A stretch of 64,000 nt of DNA. Source: Candidatus Melainabacteria bacterium 17Bon1m. GTDB taxonomy: Bacteria > Cyanobacteriota > Vampirovibrionia > Obscuribacterales > Obscuribacteraceae. The notes beneath the pieces are model-generated. The model was given only the letters and a program-made list of their open reading frames with translations. It was not told the DNA's origin and searched no databases. The translations under genes were made by a program, and so were the position numbers. Shown in pieces: positions 18,133 to 27,804 of this stretch. Each line of letters begins with the position of its first letter. Position 1 is the first letter of the stretch. The DNA is taken from positions 160,001 to 224,000 of the forward strand of contig JAVLKG010000004.1 in the NCBI GenBank assembly GCA_032128875.1. The letters are read 5' to 3'.

Positions 18133-19047
18133 TCAGTGTTTGTATGGCTTGAATTGTTTTTCGAACCATTTGGCCGTGCGAGTAAGTTGTGCTGGACCAA
18201 AGAAGAAGTGATCTCCTTCTTTTACGACCTCAAAATCGCATCGCACTCCAGCCTTGTCGAGAGCTTTCTTGAAATTCTCGCTTTGTCTGATTGAAACCGT
18301 TCGATCTTTGTCGCCGTGCATAATCAAGAAAGGAGGATCATCTATCGAAGCAAACTCCATAGGGCTGGCGAGTCTTATTTCATTTTGCTTGCTGTCTTGA
18401 GGTCCTTTGAAAAGCTTGTAGAAGACGGACTCTTGATTCCAACCCTTCTTAGGTATGTGTTCGAAATCAACAAAGCCGCACCAATCGCACACTGCCATAA
18501 CCTTGCTTGATTGCTCAGTGTTTCCTTCCACACCTTCCAGGTCTCTCTCTCCGCCGCTTGTTCCTAGAAGCGAGGCAAGGTGTCCACCTGAGGACATGCC
18601 CCAAACACCTATTTTGTCCGGATTTAGATTGTATTTGGTGGCGTTTGCGCGAAGATAGCGCACTGCTGCTTTGCAGTCATGAATCTGGGCTGGAAAAGGC
18701 GCTTCACTCGAGAGACGGTAATTGATAGCAGCGACAGCAATGCCCCTTTTAATTAGCTCTGGGCAAGGAGCTGGGCGTTTATCGCCGCCTTCCCAGGCGC
18801 CTCCGTGAATCCATACGACCACCGGCACTCTTTCTTGTGAAACATTGCCAGGCAGAAAGAGATCCAAAGTTTGGGACTTGAGTTTTGAACCAGGTATGTA
18901 CGGCAGGTCCGCGTGAAGCGTTGGCGCCGCGTTTACGCTTGCTGACTTGCTTTTAGCGCAACCACTGACAGTCGCCATCAATATCAATCCAAGTGCCGCT
19001 ATCAAAACGATAGATGGTCTTTGCTGGTAGTTTGTCACGAAACTCAT
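18133..19047 (-). CDS. Secreted/lipoprotein alpha/beta hydrolase (HSL-like esterase)
   Basis: Lipobox VSGC; HGGAW, GMSSGG and HGDKD motifs; C-terminal His. Confidence 0.88.
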   Translation of the reverse strand: MSFVTNYQQRPSIVLIAALGLILMATVSGCAKSKSASVNAAPTLHADLPYIPGSKLKSQTLDLFLPGNVSQERVPVVVWIHGGAWEGGDKRPAPCPELIKRGIAVAAINYRLSSEAPFPAQIHDCKAAVRYLRANATKYNLNPDKIGVWGMSSGGHLASLLGTSGGERDLEGVEGNTEQSSKVMAVCDWCGFVDFEHIPKKGWNQESVFYKLFKGPQDSKQNEIRLASPMEFASIDDPPFLIMHGDKDRTVSIRQSENFKKALDKAGVRCDFEVVKEGDHFFFGPAQLTRTAKWFEKQFKPYKH

Positions 19048-19380
19048 GGATGTTAATGGCGCTCGCACGAAAGCTAAGGTTGAAACCAACCAAGATTATC
19101 CTACCTTCTCTCAATTCGTGTTTAATCGCAAAATAAGCACAGCTGGTAGGTTTTCATCCAAACATATTCGAAGGATACGCCTGAGTGATATGGGCTTTGC
19201 GTAGTTCCCGAAGGCAGAATTTTCACAATATCGTAATACTTGACAGCCCTGGCGAAACGCTCAAAAGCGGCTCTGGTGAAGGCGTTTGGCAATGTCTATT
19301 TGTTTGCATAAAGTCACCAAAAAGCGGAATCAAAATGGAAACACCAGCGTCTACTTACACATACTGAAAACGGAGTCGTT

Positions 19381-19686
19381 ATGGAACTGCGTATTGATGA
19401 ATCCAATTTGAGCCGCCACAGCCGAGGAGGCGATGGCGAAGCGTTGGAATCATGGGTGCACATCATGCACATCGCTAGAGCTTTTGAAGAAGCTGGCGAT
19501 ATAAAGATGGCGGAAGAATTTTTTCGAACAGCTGTATGGATTTCAGATGAGTTTCTCAGTGCCGAAACCTCTATGAAGGGGCTTTTAATGCTGAGTTCGA
19601 CCTTGTCGAAGGACGGGCGAAGTACAGAAGCAGCACTGGCATTTATGCGCGCATTACGAATGTTCGACGAGAATATCAACAACTAG
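19381..19686 (+). CDS. Small helical (TPR-like) hypothetical protein
   Basis: GGAG SD; helical AEEFFRTA / AALAFMRAL pattern; followed by a terminator. Confidence 0.6.
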   Translation: MELRIDESNLSRHSRGGDGEALESWVHIMHIARAFEEAGDIKMAEEFFRTAVWISDEFLSAETSMKGLLMLSSTLSKDGRSTEAALAFMRALRMFDENINN

Positions 19687-19721
19687 AGATCGCGCGAGTT
19701 TAAAAAGTTTTGCAGAGGGGG

Positions 19722-19762
19722 TGGGGCTGTCCGGTTGAAAGACCGGGCAGCTCCCAGTTTTT
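19722..19762. terminator. Terminator hairpin between convergent genes
   Basis: GGGGCTGTCCGGT/ACCGGGCAGCTCC stem followed by TTTTT. Confidence 0.7.
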
Positions 19763-19783
19763 AAGCGACTAATTCTGCACACT

Positions 19784-21415
19784 CTAGGTTTGGAGTCGTT
19801 GCTGTAACTTGCCGTATTGAATTTTGGAGTTGTGGCGTGCATCGACGGGTATGGTGTCGACCCATCGAATTTCGTCGAATCGCAGCCATTTGAAAGCATC
19901 AGTCACATTTTTTTTCAGCGGTTTTGCATGATTCAAAAGTTCAATTAGTCGTTCTTTTAGAGATCCAGATTTTTTTTCTATTACTAAAATCCGTTTTGTA
20001 CCAAACTTCATGCAAGTCGCTCGACGCACCAACGGGATTTCTGAGGCTGCAACTTCGACCTGAAATGGGTAAAGCTCACCGTACTCATCGCTGATCTTCA
20101 TCGCGCATCTTCCCATGAGCCACAACCGGCCTTCTGAATCTAAGTAACCGGCGTCTCCTGTTCGATGCCAAATTTTAGAACTTTTTCGACGTTTGGTTGC
20201 GGTTGAGAATTTTGTCTCCGCATCACCTACGCCATTCAAATATGTTTCAACAACATGCTCTCCTCGAACAACAATCTCTCCTGTAACGTAAGCAGGCAGT
20301 CTCGTGAATTTCTTCAGTGTACCTGTCGCGAGCGCATTCAACTCACTCTGGTGCACAATTGCCAATTCAATTTCGTCGATGGGTTTGCCTGCAAGCAATC
20401 CGCTACCATCAAAAGTCTTCTGCAAATCTTCTGGCGTGACTTCCTTGTTGGAGATGTGCGCAATCGGCTCTGCCTCAGTGGAGCCATACACTGATATAAC
20501 TTCTGCATTCGGAAAAGCAGCTTCGATTTGCTTCAACAATGAAGGAAAGACTGGTCCGCCACCAGTCAGTATCTGTGTTAGACCATGGACATTTATGTGC
20601 ATTTCATTTAACTGATCAATCACGCGCTGCAGAAATGCTGGTGATGCAATTATGCGATTTACCCCACAAACTCGCATTTGACGAATAATTCTTTGCGCGT
20701 TGATTGTTGCTGGTTTGCGCATGTCGCCATCGGGAAGTACCGATGTGATTCCCTGTGCCAATGCCGAGAGGACAAACACTGGAAGCGTTGTAAGCTCTAC
20801 ATCCGACTTTTTACCAGGCAAAGTTTTTGCTAAAACCTTTTGTTGATTTAACAAGAAACCATGTGTGCGAACAATCGCCTTTGGATTGCTGGTAGATCCA
20901 CTTGTGAAGGTTATTAGCGCCGGATGATCATCGGCAACATCTTCGATTGGCGTTGGTAAGCCCAGTGAACCATCTGTGGTGCTATATGCCGCAGCCCGCC
21001 CAATTTGAGGAACAATCTGATCTGCAAGAACCTTGACGCGAATGTCACGGACTTCTCTAATTGCAGAGCTGAGTACGCGCAGTCTAGCTGTCGATACCAT
21101 CGCGTCCGGACGAACTAGCTGAAGTGAGTGTTTTAGCGCCTTATAGCCACCCGCGGGATCCACAATTACAACAGTCGCACCAATTCTGAACAATGCTAGC
21201 AAAAGCACGTATGTTTCGATGCGCATTGAAACAGCCAGCAGCACTCGGTCATTTTTTTCGATACCGGAATCGAGTAATTTCTCCGCCGCAAGTTCTGTCA
21301 GTTTTTGCAGAGTCCTATATGTCAAAGCGCGGTCGACGTTGTGCCGAAAGTCTCTCAGCGCGATTCGCTCGGGCTGGCAGACTGCATGTTCATCGAGTAT
21401 TCTGACAAGGTTCAT
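19784..21415 (-). CDS. AMP-dependent synthetase/ligase, OleC-like
   Basis: FTSGSTSNPK P-loop, YGSTEAEP, HRTGDAG and PVDARHNSKI motifs. Confidence 0.9.
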   Translation of the reverse strand: MNLVRILDEHAVCQPERIALRDFRHNVDRALTYRTLQKLTELAAEKLLDSGIEKNDRVLLAVSMRIETYVLLLALFRIGATVVIVDPAGGYKALKHSLQLVRPDAMVSTARLRVLSSAIREVRDIRVKVLADQIVPQIGRAAAYSTTDGSLGLPTPIEDVADDHPALITFTSGSTSNPKAIVRTHGFLLNQQKVLAKTLPGKKSDVELTTLPVFVLSALAQGITSVLPDGDMRKPATINAQRIIRQMRVCGVNRIIASPAFLQRVIDQLNEMHINVHGLTQILTGGGPVFPSLLKQIEAAFPNAEVISVYGSTEAEPIAHISNKEVTPEDLQKTFDGSGLLAGKPIDEIELAIVHQSELNALATGTLKKFTRLPAYVTGEIVVRGEHVVETYLNGVGDAETKFSTATKRRKSSKIWHRTGDAGYLDSEGRLWLMGRCAMKISDEYGELYPFQVEVAASEIPLVRRATCMKFGTKRILVIEKKSGSLKERLIELLNHAKPLKKNVTDAFKWLRFDEIRWVDTIPVDARHNSKIQYGKLQQRLQT

Positions 21416-21460
21416 TGTTCGTTCAAAGTCGTTTCTAGAGTTGTATTTACTAACAGTTGG

Positions 21461-22534
21461 CTACAGAGCTTTGCCGTAAAGTGAGTAAGTTCGAATTGCT
21501 TCTCCGTACATCGAGCTGATTCCGCTGGCTGCATTGCCCATTGCATAGAGTGCGTGGATTGCCTCGCGGTAGCCTTTCTCGTAAGCTCTTGAATGCACCT
21601 CTTGATACATCAAGCGCCCAAGTCCTTTAAGTTTTTCGTCCTGATTGCGGGCGATTGTTTTCATCACCAGTCGTGGTTGAAAAGCCGCTGAATTTTGATC
21701 TGGATAAGCGAAGAGATAGCCGACTATCTTTCCTGCCTTTTCTGCAACCACCATAAGTTCTGGGTCGGCCAGCGATGTCAGCTTCGTTTGCTCTTTCATA
21801 AATGACGCTCTGTCGATTGGCGAAAATAGAAAGTTGTTTTGCATTGCTTCCATCGTGACTCGAAAGATGCCTTCTAGGTCTGAATCGATGTCGTTTGCAT
21901 TGAGTGTTCTGAGTTTGACACCTTGACGTGACAATCTTGCTTTGATTGTTTTGCTGTCAGGGTCTTTTGAATCAAGGTTATGGTTGATTGAAGAACCATA
22001 AGTTTTTACAACCTTGAATCCAGCATCTAGAAAATGTTTGTTCCAACTAAGTGGATTGACCGGCTCGAGTGAAAATATGCGTTCGCCACAGCTCTCACTA
22101 ATCAGCCGGTATCGGCGCCAGGTGCTGCCGTCGATAGGTCCAATGACTGCGTTGCAGCCCCTCTTCTTCAATTCGAATTCAGCCAGCTCAAGCAGTTCTA
22201 TACCGGCTTTGAGTGATGTGGCGGCATAATGACCTATGAATCCAAGTTTTACCTCAGAGCCTATGACGCGCAAGTCCAATTGGTCTGCTGAAGGTGGAAA
22301 GAGCAATTTGGGCTCAGTCCAGATTGAGCAGCGCGCCGTTAGTTTGCCTTCGTACATTGCGAACAAATAGAGTGAAGGCGAACCATTGGTCTGAGTCGGT
22401 TCAACACACTCATGCGGGAAAGATAGAGCAAACTTGGTCGATATCTCCGCCAACTCGGCTGACAAGCTTTCCGGCTTGACTGCAAAAGTGTAATTTAAGC
22501 AGCCAGAATGCGGCGCAGACAGAGCTTCTGTCAT
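21461..22534 (-). CDS. GNAT-fold acyltransferase-like protein
   Basis: Tandem GNAT-like fold with GPIDGSTWRRYRL and the acyl-CoA motif KGLGR; SD AAAGGAG. Confidence 0.75.
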   Translation of the reverse strand: MTEALSAPHSGCLNYTFAVKPESLSAELAEISTKFALSFPHECVEPTQTNGSPSLYLFAMYEGKLTARCSIWTEPKLLFPPSADQLDLRVIGSEVKLGFIGHYAATSLKAGIELLELAEFELKKRGCNAVIGPIDGSTWRRYRLISESCGERIFSLEPVNPLSWNKHFLDAGFKVVKTYGSSINHNLDSKDPDSKTIKARLSRQGVKLRTLNANDIDSDLEGIFRVTMEAMQNNFLFSPIDRASFMKEQTKLTSLADPELMVVAEKAGKIVGYLFAYPDQNSAAFQPRLVMKTIARNQDEKLKGLGRLMYQEVHSRAYEKGYREAIHALYAMGNAASGISSMYGEAIRTYSLYGKAL

Positions 22535-22649
22535 CGCGAATCTCCTTTATTTTTCAGACCCACCAACTTAATAGTAGGTTTTGGGTGGACTATTGTTCCC
22601 AGTATTCACACAGTTTCATGAGTGTTTACCTGGACTTAAACTGCCGTTT

Positions 22650-23990
22650 TTAATGGATGAAAGCCGCCGGTACTGAGCCGATAAGGGACCCCAGTATGGC
22701 AAACAGAGCCTGCTTGAACCACCGGGTTTTCCCGGTGAGAGACCTGGTCGGATCTTGCTGGGAAAGATAGAAAGAAAGAACCGGCAGGGCTATACATAGT
22801 GGTGCTGCAACGCTCAGGAGTATTGCCTGGCGCGTGAATCCGGCGAGGATGACAAAAGGGATGAAAAGAAGCAACCAGCTTTTGAGAACGCCGCTTGTCA
22901 ACACCAGGATTCTTGAAGAGTTGAATCCGCGAGAATGAACGTGAGCCACCATGATTATTGCGGCATGCACAGCGAAAGCAAGCGTATAAGGAAAGATGAA
23001 TTCCCTGCCGAAGGACAGTTGCGAACATATCCAGATGAGCCCGGTGCTCGCGACGCTAAGCACAGCATACATTGAGTGCCTGTTTTCAATCGACTGAAAA
23101 CGCATGGGCATACACCAGCGGTAGCAAGAGAAAACAATGAGTGGCATCGTCATCCATTGCAATCCGCCGACCACGAAGCTGCCGTATGCAAATAGTGCCA
23201 CGCCGAGGATAGCGCTTCCGGTGAGTGTTGTCTTGTGGCGCCATGCGATGGTGAAGGATAGGATTATCGCCAACACAATGAGCCTGATGGCTAATGTTTC
23301 GGTCGGCACATCGACGTGTGTGCGCAAGACCAAAAGTGCACCCAGAGGAATTGCTAGATTGTCAAAACCGCGCCAGGCAATTCCTTCGAAGAGCATAGCC
23401 AGAATGCCCATAATGAGCGAGATAAACAGTGTTTTGTCGGCGGGCGTCGTAGTGAAAAGGTCGAGAGGGACGAGAGTGCCCAGAAGCGCGAAAGTGAAAA
23501 ACGCCAGCGAACCCTCCGTGCTCTTCGCGCCATCAACTGTCGCGTATTTGTGCGTTCCATACTTAATTCCGACCATTGCGGAAACAGCGTCGGCGAGTGT
23601 AAGAATCAGTACTGGAATGCAAAAAAAGAGTGGTTGTTCGAATGTTAGTGTGAAAAGAATGCCGATTGCCAGCGGAAAGCAGATGTGCCCGTAAGACTGC
23701 CTACCATCTGCTTTGAGAACGCAGCCCCATGAGTTGAGCATCTTAAGTTTGCCGACAAAGGATAAAGTCACAGCCGTGGCGATTGATAAAACCGCCACTG
23801 GCCATGACTCTTCGAATAAATACGGAAAGCTGAGCGTGACACATCCCATAAGCACATGCACTGCCTTTCGAATCAATTCCGGTTCGCAACCAGTCTTCTT
23901 CTTGATATAGGACAGCACGCTCATTGCTGCCGTGAGAACTCCCATCACCAGGCTCATGCCGAGAATTGGATTAGGAAATGCTCCTAACAC
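22650..23990 (-). CDS. Polytopic CTP-dependent phytol/dolichol/DAG kinase-like protein
   Basis: RKAVH, LAD..SAMVG, KSTEGS and DNLAIP motifs, plus extra C-terminal TM helices. Confidence 0.8.
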   Translation of the reverse strand: MLGAFPNPILGMSLVMGVLTAAMSVLSYIKKKTGCEPELIRKAVHVLMGCVTLSFPYLFEESWPVAVLSIATAVTLSFVGKLKMLNSWGCVLKADGRQSYGHICFPLAIGILFTLTFEQPLFFCIPVLILTLADAVSAMVGIKYGTHKYATVDGAKSTEGSLAFFTFALLGTLVPLDLFTTTPADKTLFISLIMGILAMLFEGIAWRGFDNLAIPLGALLVLRTHVDVPTETLAIRLIVLAIILSFTIAWRHKTTLTGSAILGVALFAYGSFVVGGLQWMTMPLIVFSCYRWCMPMRFQSIENRHSMYAVLSVASTGLIWICSQLSFGREFIFPYTLAFAVHAAIIMVAHVHSRGFNSSRILVLTSGVLKSWLLLFIPFVILAGFTRQAILLSVAAPLCIALPVLSFYLSQQDPTRSLTGKTRWFKQALFAILGSLIGSVPAAFIH

Positions 23991-25129
23991 GTTATTTCCT
24001 CGATCACCAGCCTGCTATAAAAGAAGGCTTTATCTTCCTTGTGCAGTTGTTCTGCCAATTCTGTATGTGATTTGAGAACAGGTGCCATTCTCTCAGGTCT
24101 ACTGCGTGGTGCAAGCATGTTCCAGTAAACAAGCTTGGCACCGGTGCGCCCCGCGAGTACGAGTTCGCTGAGCAACTTGTGGTAGTTGTCCATCGACATG
24201 TACTCGAAAATGTCGCTCAGGTTGAACTTGTCGACTGAGCCCGGAGAAAGTTCTTCCAACACTGATTCAATACTTCCGACGCGCAATTCTAGCTTGTCGA
24301 TGTTCGCCTTGATCTTTTCGTAGTTGTCTTTGCGCAAATAGTGCGGCAGAGCCGACACATAGTTGCCCTTGAGAATCCACTGCATGTAGGGGTTTTCAGC
24401 CGGGTCAAGAACTGTCAAAGCGTATTGCGTTCTATCCAGGATTGCCTGAGCAACGTCGGTTTGAACATATTGGAAAAACGCCGGATCGCGGCCGAGCAAG
24501 CCCATTACTTTGCGAGAAAAGAACATGCGAAACAGTGTGCGCCATTTCGGTGTGTTCCAAACTTCATCGAAGAAGCGTTTGCGATCTTCGCTGTTGCGTT
24601 TGATAAGCAGGTCATCGCAAGTTTCCTTGCTATGTACAAATGGCAAAGCCGCGTTGCGAAAAATCTCGAAGTACTTTTCGAACTTGCCAGCGTGCCCTAT
24701 GCCTCTTGAAAGATCGAGCTTTTGCACATCGAAGAAATTTCTTGTCTCTTGTGATAAGTGCGGACGCAGTTTTGCATACAGTGCAAGTCTATTGCCAGGC
24801 TTTACGCCAATGAGGCAAAGTAAGTCTTCATATGAGAGAAACTTGATTGCGCGGGCTTTGAGTTCTAGGCAAGCAATTTGCTGGCGGTTGAAATCTACAG
24901 CGATCACTTTTGATGGATCTTGAGACAAAAGCGACAAGCTATTGTCTCCAGCAGAAGCTACCGAAATGCAGACATCGCCTGCTTTCACATCCAGTGCTTT
25001 CAGCAAGATGTCGGCATCTTCCCAGCACTGTGCGTAGCGGATGCGTGAAAAATCAGCATGGTTTTCGATTTCGGAAAAACGAAGTTCCGGTCTGTTTTTC
25101 AAAGTAAGAGTGGAGTTAAGTTTTTTCAT
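23984..25129 (-). CDS. DUF3419 / BtaA-like SAM-dependent 3-amino-3-carboxypropyltransferase
   Basis: YAQCWEDAD, ASAGDN, AVDFN..Q...LELK, GKFEKYF and LSDIFEYM motifs. Confidence 0.88.
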   Translation of the reverse strand: MKKLNSTLTLKNRPELRFSEIENHADFSRIRYAQCWEDADILLKALDVKAGDVCISVASAGDNSLSLLSQDPSKVIAVDFNRQQIACLELKARAIKFLSYEDLLCLIGVKPGNRLALYAKLRPHLSQETRNFFDVQKLDLSRGIGHAGKFEKYFEIFRNAALPFVHSKETCDDLLIKRNSEDRKRFFDEVWNTPKWRTLFRMFFSRKVMGLLGRDPAFFQYVQTDVAQAILDRTQYALTVLDPAENPYMQWILKGNYVSALPHYLRKDNYEKIKANIDKLELRVGSIESVLEELSPGSVDKFNLSDIFEYMSMDNYHKLLSELVLAGRTGAKLVYWNMLAPRSRPERMAPVLKSHTELAEQLHKEDKAFFYSRLVIEEITC

Positions 25130-25140
25130 CGACGCCCCTC

Positions 25141-27786
25141 CTAGCTCGCCTCCCTGCGGAGACCTGTGGAATCAATGAGTTTCACGACGTTGTCGCTAAG
25201 ATCATGTTCCGAATTTTGGGAAGCACTTTCGGCTGTGCTTGCAGCTGGAATTTCTGATGACAGCAGTTGTGCGTTTTCAGTTTTGCTCGAATCTGAAAGC
25301 TTTGTGATCGTCCCTGTTTTGCCGTCAAATTCGATGAGGTCGCCGTCCGTCAGCCAGTTCATCACTCCTGCCGCTGACACTACTGCAGGAATGCCGAGCT
25401 CACGAGAAACAATTGCGGTGTGGGAAAGTAAGCTGCCATATTCGACGATGATGCCTTTCGCTTGGGTGAAAAGAACAATCCAACCTGGGTCTGTTCTTTC
25501 GGCTATGAGGATCTCGTCTTCCAGCGGTTTTGCATTTAAAGGATCGCGAACCACGCGTACACGACCGCGTACAGTGCCTGGTGAGCAGCCGAGACCTGTC
25601 ATAGTTTCAGACTTACTATCAGATAGGTCAGGTGATTTAATTTGGTCGAAGCATGGCGTCGCCCCTACGGTAGCTTCTATAACGGCGCTTCTGGTGACGA
25701 TGCGGTTTGGCGGCGGAAGCTCGTTCTGAAATTGGAGAAATTCCTTCCTGCGAAGTTCAGCAAGCGCAGCTATGTTCGCCGTCGTTCCTTTACCTTCTAT
25801 AAAGCTGAGAACTTCTTCTACTTCTAAGTAGAAAATGTCGTTTTTGTCATTTAGTATGCCTTGTTGTTCGAGCTGTTTGCCAAACTGGAGAAAGATTCTT
25901 CTGACTAAACCAAACAAACGTGTTCGCTCGAATCTCAAATTCTCTCGCCAACGAATACGCTCGACAGCCTGGTTGGCAACGAAGTTGAAAACCACCCGTT
26001 TGAAAAAAGGCAGTTTGGCAATTTGAGATTTTGAATAGGTTGGCGACGGTTCCTGTAAGTTTGCGGTTCGTACTTTTCTTGGAGCTGATGCCAGAGCAGC
26101 AATGTTTCTCAAAAGCGGTAAAGGATTATCGTTAAGAGTTTGACTTTCTAGTTTTAACTCGTTAAGACAACGGTCGCCGAACCTATCAAGATAGTTTTTG
26201 AAAGCTATTTCAAATCTCTCGTTGTCCTTCATGAGGTTCTCAATTTCCTGCATGTTTCCATTTGAGAGAGCAAGTTGAAGTTCTAGATCGTCACGAGCGA
26301 TGTCTGCCATCTTTGTGATCAGTTTTGCAGGCTCTGCGCTGATAATTCCACCGGCGTTGACAAGCAACTCGTGCTGCGAGAAAGATTGTGGCATCCAATT
26401 TTGGCTGAGCGAATTCAGCATTCCGAAGAAGATCATGGCAAAGAAGTCGTTGACTAGTGGCGCATCCCACGATGAGAGAAGTTTCGCTTCTAAGCTGCGA
26501 TAGAGCTTCGCAAGCTGATCTGTGTTCAGCTTGGATAAGTCTTTTGGTACTTCAGATAATGTGGTGTTGAAGTGGTTTTGAAAATTAGAAATCTCTTTTT
26601 GCAGCTTTGCAAATCGAACTGTCATCGCACACAGTGAGGTTGCGAAGTTTAGATACGCTCTGCCTGTAGAAACCTTGTTATCTTCGATGACTTGCTCAAT
26701 TACTTCTGCGGGCAGCTCTTCTTTGACACCCATCATCTGTTCCATGAAAGGTCTATTTACTTGAAACCCAGGAAGCAGTGCGAGCAATTTGTACCAGTTG
26801 ACCAGGTTGTAATAGATACGACCGCGGATGTAGCCGAGCATGCGCGGGAAAATCTGACTATTTGCCTCAATGCGCTCATTCGATACGCCCATCAAACGAC
26901 AGAAGTGGATATAAACATGTTCGTATGCTTTCGCTGCGAAGCTGAATGTGAGCGGCGTAGTTACTCCTTGATAGCTTTCTGAGATGTTGCTGTTGTCCCA
27001 GATTCTCAGGTTTCCCTCAAGCTTCTCGGGAAGAGTTGTGATTGGGCGAGCTTGCAAAATGAAAAGTTGATTGCCGTCATGTGCCCATTCGATGTCCTGT
27101 GGGCAACCAAAAAGCAATTCGATCTTTCTTGCGATGTGCGCAATCTCTAATGCTATGGCATCACTAATCTCAGACTCGTTGGCAAAACCTGCTTTTCTTT
27201 TGATTGTTTGACCATTGATGACGTACAACAGTTCGCCGCTAACTTCGCCCGAGACGAGTCTATCTGCTAGACCGCCAACTGCGTTGATCACAACGGTATT
27301 TCTGTCTCCACTGATTGGATCAGCGCTAAATGCCACGCCTGCAACTTTTGCGTCAACCATCTTTTGAACGATTATCGCGGGGCCGTCGGATTTCCTTTCG
27401 ATGCCCATGCCATTGCAGTATGCTTGCAAACGATCCGTTGTTCCGGACAGCCAAACTGATCGTGCTGCGGTGATGACCCACTCGCTGCTGACATTCAAGA
27501 AAGTATCTAGCTGTCCTGCGAATGATGTTTTTGCACCGTCCTCGTCAATTGCCGATGAGCGAACTGCCAGCAATGTAGTTCCAACCTTGAACTTTCTGTG
27601 AGCTATTTTGAGCTCTTCTTCCAAAAGTGGATCTTGCCAGGTTGTGTCGCTGCGAAAGGCACCGGGAACAATCGTCACAAATGCTGGTACTGCAAATCCA
27701 GCTGCTTTGAGGCGTGCGAGGTTTGCAGCTTTATTGCCGGTGAGCTCCGGTTTGTGACGTTCGTATTCGAGAATGATGTTTTTCAT
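25141..27786 (-). CDS. PEP-synthase-like small-molecule phosphotransferase (RPH/PigC architecture)
   Basis: N-terminal ATP-grasp (GNKA, VRSSA..ED, SFAGQ, QDIEWA, LQARPIT), large central domain, C-terminal His-swivel (TDPGW, LSHTAIVSRELGIP). Confidence 0.92.
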   Translation of the reverse strand: MKNIILEYERHKPELTGNKAANLARLKAAGFAVPAFVTIVPGAFRSDTTWQDPLLEEELKIAHRKFKVGTTLLAVRSSAIDEDGAKTSFAGQLDTFLNVSSEWVITAARSVWLSGTTDRLQAYCNGMGIERKSDGPAIIVQKMVDAKVAGVAFSADPISGDRNTVVINAVGGLADRLVSGEVSGELLYVINGQTIKRKAGFANESEISDAIALEIAHIARKIELLFGCPQDIEWAHDGNQLFILQARPITTLPEKLEGNLRIWDNSNISESYQGVTTPLTFSFAAKAYEHVYIHFCRLMGVSNERIEANSQIFPRMLGYIRGRIYYNLVNWYKLLALLPGFQVNRPFMEQMMGVKEELPAEVIEQVIEDNKVSTGRAYLNFATSLCAMTVRFAKLQKEISNFQNHFNTTLSEVPKDLSKLNTDQLAKLYRSLEAKLLSSWDAPLVNDFFAMIFFGMLNSLSQNWMPQSFSQHELLVNAGGIISAEPAKLITKMADIARDDLELQLALSNGNMQEIENLMKDNERFEIAFKNYLDRFGDRCLNELKLESQTLNDNPLPLLRNIAALASAPRKVRTANLQEPSPTYSKSQIAKLPFFKRVVFNFVANQAVERIRWRENLRFERTRLFGLVRRIFLQFGKQLEQQGILNDKNDIFYLEVEEVLSFIEGKGTTANIAALAELRRKEFLQFQNELPPPNRIVTRSAVIEATVGATPCFDQIKSPDLSDSKSETMTGLGCSPGTVRGRVRVVRDPLNAKPLEDEILIAERTDPGWIVLFTQAKGIIVEYGSLLSHTAIVSRELGIPAVVSAAGVMNWLTDGDLIEFDGKTGTITKLSDSSKTENAQLLSSEIPAASTAESASQNSEHDLSDNVVKLIDSTGLRREAS

Positions 27787-27804
27787 TTTGCTGCCTTAGT
27801 GTAT

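Noticed and set aside
22558-22586. Hairpin between the kinase-like and GNAT genes
   Set aside because: Short and mismatched on the transcribed strand, with no U-tract.
23984-25129. Calling the locus a standard btaAB betaine-lipid operon
   Set aside because: There is no adjacent BtaB methyltransferase, and the neighbours are unrelated to the canonical pathway.
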